Assembly: GCA_014905635.1 (NCBI GenBank)
Contig: JABVCE010000009.1
Span: forward strand, 744,001-808,000
Source: Scenedesmus sp. PABB004
Taxonomy: Eukaryota
Reading direction: 5' to 3'
DNA: 64,000 bases
Made by a program: the position numbers and the translations under genes. Below are positions 34,273 to 46,133 of this stretch, in pieces. The notes under the pieces are model-generated. The model saw only the letters and a list, made by a program, of their open reading frames with translations, searched no databases and had not been told where the DNA came from. How positions within the stretch are numbered: the stretch's first letter is position 1; every line of letters begins with the position of its first letter.

Positions 34273-37200
34273 ATGGCGGACGGCGGCGCGGGCGAGTTTG
34301 CCGGCGCGAGCGCGGGCAGCGCGCACTCGTCGCGCGACAAGGCGTTTGAGATATTCGTCAAGCGCACGATCACGGCGATCCAGAAGGAGGCGTGGGGGCG
34401 GAGCAAGGAGGTCAAGGACATCCGCGAGGCGTGCCAGGCGTTCCTCAACACCCTCGACCGCCAGGGCTGCACCGAGGAGACGCTCAAGCAGGTGCTCTAC
34501 CCGCTGCAGCTCGCGTGCAGCTGCAGCACGGTCAAGGTCGCGGAGCTCGCGCTCGGCTGCCTGCACAAGCTCGTCGCGCACGCGTGGCTGCACGGCGAGT
34601 CGACGCCCGGCGGGACGATGGACATGCTCTCCGCGCACGGCAGCCTCGACGATGACGACACGGTGCGCGCGCGGGCGCTGGCAGATTCGGTGTCGGTGTG
34701 CTGGCGGCGCGGGCGGCGCGGCGCGCGCGCCGCGCGATGAGCCCGCGCCGCCCTGCCGCGCGCCGAGCCCGCGCCGCCGTGCCGCTGTGCCGCCTGCGCC
34801 GGCGCAGGTGGCCAACGTGATCAAGATGGTCATCAAGTGCGGCGAGACGAGCAACGAGGCGCTGCAGCTCGCGGTCGTGCGCGCGCTGCTCACGTTCACA
34901 ACCGCCGAGCACTTCATCGCGCACGGGGAGTGCCTCCTCGCCGCCGTGCGCGCGGTGTTCAACCTCGCGCTCGGCGGCAGCGACAACCCCGTCAACCGGC
35001 GCACCGCGGCCAACGCGCTGCTGCAGATGCTCAACACGATCTGCAAGCGCGTGACCCAGATCCAGCCGCGCCTCACCGGCGGCAGCGAGTGCAGCAGCCG
35101 CACGACGAGCGACGCGCTGGAGATCTTCCGCTCCACCAGCGGCGCGTCGTTTGCCAACGCGAGCCCCAAGAGCCAGCGCGGGAGCGGCACCGGCGCGAGC
35201 GGGCTCGGCATGCTGCCGCCGGGCGGCGCCGGCGGCAGCCACCACGGCGGCAGCAGCCACCACGGCAGCAGCCACCACGGCGGCCCCGGCGGCGGCGTTG
35301 GCGGCAGCGGCTACCTCTCCACCGCGGCGGGGCAGCAGCAGCTGCTCGCGTACGAGATTGAGGCCGCTGCAGCGGCGGCGGCCGGCAGCGGCGGCGGCGG
35401 CGCGCACGCGCGCGCCGCGCAGCTCGCGCAGCTCGCAGAGCGGACGGACCTGCAGGGCCTCGAGGCGGCGCTCGAGGCGGCGGCCGCGGGCGCAGAGGGC
35501 GAGGAGGAGAGCGACAGCAGCGGCCCGGACGAGACGGAGCTCGCCGCAGCCCAGGCTGCGGCGGCGGCGACGGCGGCGACGCAGGCGGCGGCGCCGGCGG
35601 CGCCCGGCACGCCCAGCGCAGCCAGCAGCGGCGCGGGGGCCGGCGGCGAAGCCAACGGCGGCGATGCCGCCGCCGCACCGGCGCCGCTGCACCACCAGTC
35701 TAGCGTCGGCCCGCCCGCCGGCGCGCTGGGCGTGACCGCGTGGCACTCGTGGCAGCAGCAGGGCAGCGCGCCGCCCACGCCGCACGCGCCGGCCACGCCG
35801 CACCGGCACGGCCGCCACAACAAGCTCACCACCCAGGTGCGACGACGGGCGTGCCGCGGGGCCTGCTGCGCGCATGCGGTCGGCCCCGCAACGAGCCTGC
35901 CGGCCTCACCCGCTCACCCGCCGCCGCGGCCTTGCCGTCCCTCTGGCGCCGCGTGGCAGGACAAGGACGTGCTGCTGGTGCTCACGGCGTTCTGCAAGCT
36001 CGCGAGCCGCGAGGCGCCCGGCAGCAGCGGCGACAGCGTGCTGGCGCAGGGCAAGCTGCTCGCACTCGAAATGCTCGCAAAGGCGCGCCGCAACCGCCGC
36101 CGCCGCCGCCGCGCGGGGGTTCTGGGTGGGGGGCGGGCGCCGCCGCAAGCAACGGCAGCAGCGGCGGCCGGCGCTGGCTGCGCGCCGACGCTCGCGCGCG
36201 CCGCGCCGCCCCGCCCCGCCGCGCGGCGGCTCAGGTGCTGTCGAGCTCGCACCACAGCTGGGACCACGTCCCCGAGGCGTTCTGCCGCCAGCTGCGCCAG
36301 CCGCTGTGCCTCGCGCTGCTGCGCAACTGCGGCGCGAGCGACCCGGTCGCGTTCAGCCTCGCGCTGCGGCTGCTCATGGCGATCCTGTGCCTGCCGCGCC
36401 TGCGGCTCGGCCTGCGCGCCGAGCTGGGCGCCTTCTACCCCCTGCTGCTCCTGCGCTGCCTCGAGGGCGCGGGCGGCGAGCCCGCCAACGTCGCGGCGGC
36501 GCTCGGCGCGCTGACGGGCCTGCTGTCGGAGCCGCAGCTGCTCGTCGACCTGTACGTGAACTTTGACTGCGACCTGCAGGCCTCCAACCTGTACGAGCGC
36601 ACCGTGCAGGTGCTCGCGAAGCTCGCGACGCCAAGGGACGGCGACGCCGACGGCGGCGCGCGCGGCGACGCGCGGCGCGCGACCGCCGAGGGCGCGGCGA
36701 GCGCGGCGGGCGTGCGGCGCGAGGCGCTCGGCTGCTGCCTGCAGGTGCGGGGGCGCCCCTGCTGCGGGGCGCGCATGCGGCGCGCCGCGGCAGCCCCCGC
36801 GCTCACGCCGCCGCGCGCCGCATGCCGCACGCCGCCAGGTCATCGCGGCACTCCAGAGCTGGGCCAAGCCCATCCGCGAGGCGGCGCTGCGCGCGGCCGA
36901 GGCGGACGCCGCGCCCGCGGCCGGGCAGGTGCGCGGGGTGCCGCCCGGCGCCGGCCGCCGCAAGGCACGGTCGCCGCGCGCGGCTGCTCCCCCCGCCACC
37001 CTGCCCACGCCCACGCCACCACTCCGTGCCGCGCCGCGCCGCGCCGCGCCGCCGCAGCCCGCGCTGTCGTCGCTGCCGTCCATCGAGCGCAACGGCAGCA
37101 GCAGCAGCCTGTCGGGGCTGGCGCGCTCCGCGTCGGCGCGCGCGCTCGCCGCGCCGCCGGCGCCGGCGCCGCCGCCGAGCGAGGCGGAGCGCCTCGCCGC

Positions 37201-40200
37201 GGCCAAGAGCACCAAGGAGCAGCTGGCCAAGGGCGTCGCCCTCTTCAATGCCAAGGGCCCGCTCAAGGGCGTGGAGCTGCTCATGTCGCAGGGCCTGCTC
37301 GAGGGCAGCCCGCCCGCGGTGCGCGCCGGCCGCGCGGCCGGCGGCGCCGCGCGCGCCGCCGCCGCCGCCGCGCCGCGCCGCGCAGCACGCGCCTCGGGGG
37401 GCTCACGCCAGCGCCCCGTGCCCGATCCGCGGCGCCGGCCAGGTCGCGGCGTTCCTGCGGCTGCACCACGACGCGCTCGACAAGGCGCAGCTCGGGGAGC
37501 TGCTTGGGCACCACGAGGACTTTGCAGTCGCCGTCATGCACGCGTGGGTCGACGGCGAGCCGAGCATGGCGGGCCAGGCGCTCGACCAGAGCCTGCGCCG
37601 CCTGCTGGGCGGCTTCCGGCTGCCGGGCGAGGCTCAGAAGATCGATCGCATCATGGAGAAGTTTGCAGAGGTGCGGCGGCGGACGGGAGAGGAACAGAAC
37701 GAGGCGGCGGCGCCTGCGCGCCGCGCGCCCCGTCGCGGCGCCGCGCGCCGACGCGCGCCGGCGCCGCGCGCCGACGTGCCGTGCCGCACGCCGCGTGCCG
37801 CGCCGCACACGACGCAGCGCTACTGCAAGGACAACCCGGCGCGCTTCGGCAACGCTGACGCCGCGTACGTGCTGGCCTTTGCCATCATCATGCTTAACAC
37901 CGACGCCCACAACCCGCTCGCGGGTGCGCCGCGGCCCCAACCCCGCCGCCGCCGCCCGCCGCCCTGCGCCGCCGCCGCCGGTGGCCGCGACGAACGCTCC
38001 CTGTGCGCACACTTCACCCCGCGCGCCGCCGCCGCCGCCCTCCGCGGCCCCGCCCCACCCCTCCGCGCAGAGCGGCGCATCAGCAAGGCCGACTTTGTGG
38101 CCATGAACAGCGCGGCCGGCGGCGACGGCGGCGGCGGCGCGCCCGCGCTGCCGGCGGGCCAGCTGGAGGAGATATTTGACCGCATCGTGCGGGACGAGAT
38201 CCTGGTCCGTGGCGAGACGCCCAACCGCGACCTCGCGGTGAGGCGGCGGCGCCGCGCGGCGGCAGCGGCGGCGGCGGCCCCGGGGGCGTTGAGCAAGTCT
38301 GCGCGGCGGCCGGCCGGCGGGGCTCCGCTGCCGCGCGGCGCCGGCGGCGCATGCTGACCGCCGCGCGCCCGACCCGGCCGCCGCAGAGCGCGCGCACGAG
38401 CACGCGCAACCGCCTTGCGGCGGCGATGGGCTGGACGGCGCTGCTGCAGCCCTTCCGGGCGCTCGCCGGCAACGGCGGCGGCGGCGCGGCGCGCGGCGGC
38501 AAGGACAACGCGCAGGCGCACCGCCGGTGCGCGGCGCGGCGCGCCGGCGCTGCTGTCTGCAGCTGCGGCCGCACGCGCCTGCGCGCGCGCTGCGGCCGAG
38601 TGCCCAGCCGCCGCCGCGGCGCGCGCCGCCGGCTGCCCGCAGGTACCTGCAGGAGATGGCCGAGCGCGAGGTCGTGCGCGCAGCGGCGAGCGGCAACGTC
38701 TGGTGCAGCGCGAGCCACCCGGAGCACGTGCGACCGATGCTGCAGGCCGGCGGGCCGATGCTGCTGCAGGCGCTCTCGGCGGCGTTCGCGGCGGCGCCCG
38801 ATGGCGCGAACGCGGCGCCCGTGCTGGCGGGGCTGCTGCAGCTCGCGCGGCTCGCCGGCGTGCTGGGGCTGGACAGCCTGTGCGAGGGCTGCGTCGCCGC
38901 GCTGGCCGAGCGCTGCGGCGTGTTCGACCCCGCGCCCGCCGGCAGCGCCGCCGAGGCGAAGCAGCTCGCCGCGCTGCAGGCGCTGCTGGGCCTGACCGCG
39001 GGGCCTGAGGCGAGCTTCCTCGGCAGCGGCTGGGTCGTGGTGCTGCGCTGCATCTCGGCGCTTGACGCACTCAAGGTGCGCCTCAGCGAGGCGCCCCGCG
39101 GCGCCGCGCCCGCCCGCCGCGGCGCTTGCGTCGTCGGCCGCGCCGCTCGCTGCCGCACGCGGCCGCCTGCCCACGCGCCGCCGCCGCCGCCGCCGCCGGC
39201 TGCGTCGCCGCAGCACGAGCTCACGCGGCCGGCCGCGGTGCCGGCGGCGCCGCCGAGCAAGGACGCGGCCGCGTCCAACCCCTTCAGCCGCATGTTTGGC
39301 TCCCTGTTTGGCGCCGGCGGCGCGCCGACCAGCCCCGCGGCCGGCGCCGGCGCGGGGCAGGCCGTGGGCGCGCGCGTCAGCCTGCCGGGCGGCGACCTCG
39401 GAGGTGCGCCCGCAGCGCGGCTGCGGCCCGCGCGGGCCGCGCTGCGGCCCAGCCTCCTGGCTGCCGCGCCGCGCGCGCGCGGCGCCCACCGTGCCCGCCC
39501 GCGCGCCCGCAGACAGCCTGGGCGCGCGCGACAGCCTGGACGGCAGCAAGTGCCTCCCGCTGCCCATCCGGGACGCGCCTGGCGCAGGCCTCGTGGCGTG
39601 GGCCGAGTCGGCGGCGGGCGCGGCGGAGCTGGAGCGGGCGTATGCCCGCAGCGCCAGCCTCGACGGTGCGTGCCCGCGCGCGCACACTCAACACCAAACA
39701 AAGCGGCAGCAGGGGCCGGTGCTGCGCGGCCCCGCTGGGCGGCCGCGCAGCTGGCCCGCGCCGACCGGTCCGGCCGCGCCGCGCAGGCGACGCGGTGGTC
39801 GTCTTCATGCGCGCGCTGTGCGCGGTCAGCCAGGAGGAGCTCGAGTCCGGCGGCGGCGCGCCCGCGAGCCCCGGCGGCGGCGCGGCGGCGCCGATCACGG
39901 TCGCCACGCGCGCGCTCAGCCCGGGCGCGGGCGGCGCGGGCGGGCCGCGGCTGTACAGCCTGCAAAAGGCGCGCGCCCCCGCGGCGCGGCGCACGGCCGC
40001 GGCCCGGCCTCTGCGCGGCTCAGCTTGACTCATCCTGACTCGGCCCGGCTCGGCCGCGCTCGCAGGTCGTCGAGTGCGCGTACGTCAACATGCCGCGCAT
40101 CCGCCTCGTCTGGGGCAAGCTCTGGGCCGTCATCGCCGCGCAGCTCGTCGGCGCGAGCTGCCACCCCCACAGGTGGGCGCGCCCGCCCGGCAGGCCGCCC

Positions 40201-43200
40201 GGCCGGCCGGCCGCGTCTCCGCGGCGGCGGCCGAGCGCGGCGGCCGTGGTTGACCTCGCCGCGCGCTGCGCCGTGCCGCGCCGTGTGCCGCGCAGGCGCG
40301 TCGCGCTGTACGCGGTCGACTCGCTGCGCCAGCTCGTCGCCAAGCTGCTCGCGCGCGCCGAGCTCGAGCACTTCACGCACCAGGAGGAGGCGCTGCGGCC
40401 GTTTGTCGCGGTGCTGCGCCAGTGCGACGAGGCGTGCGTGCGGGAGCTCGCAGTGCAGTGCGTGATGCAGGTGAGCGCCGCGCGCGGCGCGGCGCGACGC
40501 AGCGCCGCCGGCCGGCCGCGGCGGCCGCTGCTCACCGCGCCGCCCCCCCCCCCCCCCCACCACCACCCCCCGCGCAGGCGGTGTCGTCGCACCCGGCGGG
40601 CCTGGGCAGCGGCTGGCGCATGGCGGTGCTCGCGCTGCGCCTCGGCGCGAGCGACGGCAGCCCCGCGGTCATCGCGCAGGCGCAGGAGGCGCTCGGCGCG
40701 GTGGTTGCCACGCTCTTTGCCGGCGGCGGCGGCGGCGCGAGCCCGCGCGCGGCCGGCGCGGCGGCCGGCGGCAGCAGCGGCCACGCGCTCCTGCGCGAGA
40801 CGGTGCAGGCGGTCGTGGCGGGCATACGGTGCGGGGCCTGCGCGCGGGGCCGGGGCCGCGCGGGACCGGCGGTGGCGCACGCGCGCGTCCGCGGCGCGCG
40901 CCGATGGGCTGGCCCCGCGCCTGCCCCTCCGGCGCCGCGCAGGAACCCCGCACACCTCGAACTCAGCATCTCGGCGGTGCAGCTGCTGGGACGCTGCGGC
41001 GAGCAGCTCGCGGCGTACGAGGACGCGGGCGGCCGCGACGAGCCGCCGCCGGGCGCCGCGGCGGCGGCGCCGGGCGGTGTCGACCTCGGTGCGCCGCCGC
41101 GGCGAGGGCATGCACCGCACGCCCTGCCGGCACGCTCGCCGGCTCCGCCGCTGCGCGCCGTGCTTCCCGGTGCTCCTGTCTCTCAACGCCTGCGCCTGCG
41201 CCCGCAGACGGCGACTACGGCTGGGGCCTGCTCCTGCGCTCGCTCGCGGACGTGCTGCAGCACGACCGCCGGCCGCAGGTCACCGACGCGGCGCTGGAGA
41301 TGGTCTTCGGCCTCCTCGCCCTCCACAGCGGCCGCTGGGACGGCGCCGCGTGGCGCGTGCTGGTCGACCGCGTGCTGCGCCACATGCTCGCGCTGCCGCC
41401 GGGCCTCGGCGCGCCGGCGCCGCCCGGCGCCGGCGCGGACGGCGCGCCGCCGCTCGGCGCGGGCAGCTTCAGCGGCTTCGCCGCGCCCGGCGGCGGCGGC
41501 GCGGGCGGCGCGGTGCCGGCGGGCATGTCGGCGGCGGAGCAGGTGCGCCGCGCCGCGCGCCGCGCGTGCCGCGTGCCGCCCCGGCCGCGCCGCGCCCCCG
41601 GCGCCACCCTCTCCAGCAAGCACCCGCCGGCCCGCCCTCCCCCCCGCACACGCGTCCGCGCGCGCGCCCGGCCGCGCAGGGTGCGCTCGTGACGACGCTG
41701 CTGCAGCGCATGGACCGGTACTACCCCATGCTCTGCCAGCAGGCCGCCGCGGCGCGGCCCGAGTTCAAGGCACGCGCCGCGCGCGCAGCGCGGCCGGGAG
41801 CGCGCGCGCGCGCGCGCTCACCGCCGCCGCCGCCGCCGTGCGTGCGCGCGCGCTCACCGCCGCCGCCGCGCCGCCCGCCGCGCCGTCCGCCGGGGTCCGC
41901 GCACAGGAGGGCCTGTTGGATCAGCTCGCGGCCATCGGGGTCGCGTGGTACCGGCAGGGCTCGCCCTACCTGTCCACGGCGGGCATCAAGGCGCTGATGC
42001 ACCTCGCAGACACGCTGGACCGCTTTGCGGCTGCCGGCAGCGGCGGCGGCGCGAGCGGCGACTGCGGGTGGGCCCTGCTGCTGGAGCCGCTGCGCGCCGC
42101 GGTCGCGGAGGACGTGGCGCTCGTGCTGCGCCTCGCGGCCGCCGGCGCGGCCGAGGCGGCCGAGGCCAGCGCGGCGGCGGCGGCCGCGCGCGCGGTGGAG
42201 GCCGCCGCGTCCGCCGGCCGCGCGCGGCGCGGCAGCGGCGGCGGCGGCAGCCCCGGCGGCAGCCCGCGCGCGGGCGCCGGCGGCGCCGCGGCGTTCGCGG
42301 TGCCGCTCGGGGCCAGGGGCGGCGCGGCCGCGCGCGCGGCGGCCGCGGCGGCCGCGAGCGCCGCCGCGCTGGGCGCGCAGCTGCGCGTGCGCACGCAGCA
42401 GCTGGTGCTCATGCAGCGCGCGCTGGCGAGCGTGCACGCGCGCTGCCGCGGCAGCATGACCTGGGAGGAGCAGATGGCGCTGCTGGAGGTGCTCGCGCTG
42501 GGCGTGGACGCCGCCATCGCACACAACGCCCGGCTCGCCGGCGCGGGCCCCGAGGCGGCGCAGCAGCAGCAGCCGTTGCAGCAGCAGCAGGCGTCCCAGC
42601 AGCAGCGGGTGCAGCAGCAGCCGCAGGCGCAGGCGCAGCAGCCGGCGGTGCCGCCGGCGCTGCTGCTGGCGGTGCCGGAGGACGCGGCGCTCGCGACGCG
42701 GGCCGGCTCCGCCGGCGGCTCCATCGGGGACTCGCTCGACCTCGCCTCGGCGGTCTCGCGCAACAGCAGCCTCAGCATGAGCGGCCTGGTCGGCTTTGGC
42801 AGCTTCCTCGCGCCCAACCCCAGCTGCGGCGGCTCCGCCGCCTCGGGCGCGCTCGGCAGCGCCGACGGCGGCGCCGGCGCGGGCGGCGGCCCCGGCTCCC
42901 CCGGCGCGCCCAGCCCCGGGGGCGAGCCGGGCAGCGCCGCCGGCGCCGGCGGCGGGCCTGGCAGCGACACGCCGGCGCCGGCGCCGGCTCCGGCGCCGCG
43001 GCTGTCGGGGCCGGATGACGCCTCCGTGGTCTCGCCGCTGTCCGCAGCGGGCATCCCGGACGCGCCTGACGGCGGCGACGGCGCCGCCGCGCCGCCAGGC
43101 TGGACGGCGGCGGGCGGCGGCGGCGGCAGCAACGGCGCGGCGCAGGACCAGCAGCAGCAAGCAGCGGCGTCGGGGGTGGCGCCGCTGCCGGCGCAGCCGG

Positions 43201-43505
43201 GCGCGCAGCCGGCGCTCGCGCCGCTGCGCACCCAGCCGCCGCCGTCCGCGGGCGGCGGCGCGGGCGCGGCGCCGGGGTCGCCGGGCAGCGCCGGGCGCGC
43301 GCGCGGCGGTGCGGCGATGCCGGCGCTGCTGGTGAGCAGCCCCGAGAGCACCGAGGAGGTCCGGCCGGCGCTCATGCGCCTCGAGGCGGAGGGCGGCCTG
43401 CTGCTCATCGAGGTGCGCGCCGCGTGCGCGCGAGGGGAGAGGGGCAGCGTGCAGCGCGCGGCGCAGAGGGGGCGCAAGCCGCGCCGCGCGCCAATGCGCC
43501 GACGC

Positions 43506-43581
<76 letters not shown>

Positions 43582-44049
43582 CAGGCGCTCACGCTGAGCC
43601 TGCGCTTGAGCGCCGTCGACACGCCCGCGACCGAGCGCGCGCGGCAGCGGCTGCTGAGCCTCGTGCGCGCCGTCATCTGCAGCGAGGCCGCGTGCAGCGC
43701 CGTGCCGCTCGGCGGCGCCGCAGGCGGCGAGCGCGCCGACGCGTCGCAGGACGCGCTCGCGGGCGCGGGCTGGGAGCACGCCGCGCGCGCGCCGCTCGTC
43801 GTCGCGGCGCTGCGCGTGCTGTCGGGCCTCACGGGCGCCGCGTTTGCGGCCGAGGTGGCCCGCCTCTTCCCCGCGCTCTGCCGCCTCATGTGCAGCAGCC
43901 ACCGGCTCACGCGCCTCGAGCTGCACGCCGTGCTCACGGGCGCCGAGTTCGCGCGCCTCCTGCCCGCCGCGCGCCCGGGCGGCGGCGGCGCGGCCGTGGC
44001 GGTGGGGGCGGTGGCGGCGGGCGACGGCGTCGAGGACCTGCTGCTCTAG
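34273..44049 (+). CDS. Brefeldin A-inhibited large Sec7 ARF guanine-nucleotide exchange factor (BIG family)
   Basis: DCB domain (LYPLQLACS..ELALGCLHKLVAH), HUS box LYVNFDCDLQASNLYER, Sec7 motifs FRLPGEAQKIDRIMEKFA and AYVLAFAIIMLNTDAHNP, and HDS-type LDGDAVVVFMRALCAVSQEEL and PRLYSLQKVVECAYVNMPRIRLVW. Confidence 0.93.
43497..43580. repeat. (CCG)n microsatellite directly before a splice acceptor
   Basis: About 25 CCG-like units followed by CCAG at 43581-43584. Confidence 0.9.
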
Positions 44050-44170
44050 CCACAGCTGAGCGGCCGAGCGCATCAGAGGTAACATGTGCGCCCCTGCGCG
44101 CCCCGCGCCGACCACGACCGCGAGCTCGAGCTCTGGGCGGCGGCGCGCCGCGCAGCGCGCCGCCGGCCCG

Positions 44171-45922
44171 TCACCCGCGCCGGCCCCGGCCCTTCTTCTT
44201 GCCCTTGGCCTTGCCCTTGGTCTTGGACTTGGCCTTGGCCTTGGCGGCCTTCTTACTGGAGCCGCTGGCGCCGCGCGGGGCGAGCCTCGCCGCCGCCTCA
44301 GCAGCCTCGGCCGCCGCGGCGGCCGCGGCCGCGCCGTCCAGCACGTGCCGCGCCGCCGCCTCGCACGCCGCGCGGACGTCGGCGGGCGTCGCGCTCCAGG
44401 GGCTGCAGGGGTCGATGGCGTGCTGCGACAGCTTGAACAGCAGGCGCGCGCGGATGCTCGGCACCTGGTCCCTAAACCGCGACAGCCATTCCAGCTGCGC
44501 CTCCAGGCCCAGCAGCAGCCAGGGCTGCTCGGCGCGCGCGGCCGCGTCAAACGCCGCCCACTGGCTGGCGTACACGATTTCGCCCGCGCGCGCGGCGCCT
44601 GCGGCGTGTCGGCGCGCGGCGTCGTGGGCGGCGGTGGCGGCAGGGCGCGCCGGCAGCGCGCCGGCAGCGCGCCGCCGCGACGGAGCCGGCGGTGGCGCCG
44701 GCGGCGCGCGCGCACCTGCCACGCGCGTGCCGACTGCGTCCTCCGCTTCGACCCCCGCCGGCGGCGGGCCGAACGCGCTGCCGCAGGCCAGCAGGTCGGC
44801 GCGGCCCTTGCCCAGGAATGCGCAGCGGGCGTGGTGCGCGGCGGGCGCGGGCGACGTGAACTGCTGCCCCCAGCGCACCGGCACGCGGGTGACGACGCAC
44901 TGCCCTGCGTGCCCGGGCGCTGCGCCGGGCAGCTGCCAGAAGTCGCTGTCGTCGCTGATGATGACCAGCGGCAGCGGCGCCGCCGCCGCCGCGTTGGCGC
45001 GCGCCACGGCGGCGATGGCCTCGTCGGCGGTCGCGCCGGCGACCAGCAGCGGCGGCCGCTTAGCCCGCGCCGAGGCGGCAGCCGCGGCGTGGCGCCCTGT
45101 GTAAAGCAGCACGCCCTTCAGCCGGAACGCCAGCTCGGCCTCGAGTCGGCGCTCGTCGGCCGCCTCGCCCCCGTCCGCGCCCTCGCCCGCCTCGGCCGTG
45201 GCCGGCGCAGCACCGCCCGCGCCTGGCGGCGGCGCGTCGCCGCCGCCGCCGCCCGCGGCCGCCTCCAGCTCGGCCTGCAGGGCCTCCCACTCGCCGGGGT
45301 CGAGGCCGAGCCCCAGCCGCTCCGCCTCGCGCCGCGCGGCCGCGAGCACGGCCGCCGGCGCCCTCACGCGCTCCCGCTTCGGCGCGTCCTCGACCAGCAC
45401 CAGGTGCACCGGCCCCCGCGCCGCGCCCAGCGCCGCCAGCGCCGCCGCCTGCGCGGCGCGCGGGCTGGCAGCGCCGCCGTCACCGCTGCTGCTGGTGCTC
45501 TCAGGCCCATCGCCCTCGGCGCCCTCGTCGCTGTCGCTGCCGCTGCCGCCGCTACTGCTGCCGCCGCTGCCGCTGCCGCTGTCGCTGCCGCTGCTGCTGC
45601 CGCCGGCACCAGCGCTGGCCGGCTCCGGCGCCGCCGGCGGGTGCAGCAGCCGCCTTGGGGCGGCAAGGTCTGCCTCGAGCGCCGCCTTGAACTGCTTCAA
45701 CTGCGTCGCGAGCAGGCCCCGCAGCTGGCCCTCGAGCACGCGGCGGGCCTCGCGCTCTGCCGCGTCGCCGCCGTCGCCGCGCTGCTCGCGCTCGAGCAGG
45801 AACGCCTTCACCGCGTCCCGCGCGCGCTCTGCGGCGGGCGTGTCCAGGAACGCCTGAATCAGCGCCTCAGCACGCGCGAAGACGAGGTTGCTCCAGTCCA
45901 GGAGCAGCAGCAGCAGAGGCAT
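44171..45922 (-). CDS. Intronless protein with FEN/PIN-like 5'-3' nuclease motifs and a basic C-terminal tail
   Basis: LLLLDWSNLVF, VHLVLVED, ATADEAIAAV and LVIISDDSDFWQL resemble the 5'-nuclease acidic motifs (LIDGxxLxF, EADDxIA, ISxDxDFxQL). Ends in KKAAKAKAKSKTKGKAKGKKKGRGRRG*. Confidence 0.55.
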   Translation of the reverse strand: MPLLLLLLDWSNLVFARAEALIQAFLDTPAAERARDAVKAFLLEREQRGDGGDAAEREARRVLEGQLRGLLATQLKQFKAALEADLAAPRRLLHPPAAPEPASAGAGGSSSGSDSGSGSGGSSSGGSGSDSDEGAEGDGPESTSSSGDGGAASPRAAQAAALAALGAARGPVHLVLVEDAPKRERVRAPAAVLAAARREAERLGLGLDPGEWEALQAELEAAAGGGGGDAPPPGAGGAAPATAEAGEGADGGEAADERRLEAELAFRLKGVLLYTGRHAAAAASARAKRPPLLVAGATADEAIAAVARANAAAAAPLPLVIISDDSDFWQLPGAAPGHAGQCVVTRVPVRWGQQFTSPAPAAHHARCAFLGKGRADLLACGSAFGPPPAGVEAEDAVGTRVAGARAPPAPPPAPSRRRAAGALPARPAATAAHDAARRHAAGAARAGEIVYASQWAAFDAAARAEQPWLLLGLEAQLEWLSRFRDQVPSIRARLLFKLSQHAIDPCSPWSATPADVRAACEAAARHVLDGAAAAAAAAEAAEAAARLAPRGASGSSKKAAKAKAKSKTKGKAKGKKKGRGRRG

Positions 45923-46133
45923 GCACGCAGCGGCTGGCGGTGAACAGGGCGCGCGGCTGGGTCGGCAGATGGCGCGTTCTGCGAGGTCGCAGTGCGGCGG
46001 CGCCGCTGGACGGCGGCGCTGGACGGCGGCGGCGCCGGCATGACTAAAACTCCTGCCGGCGTCGCGCAACCTCTCGTTACGACGCCGCCGCAACGCCAAC
46101 TCTGCGGAGCCTATCCGTCCCGGCGCCCGACCC

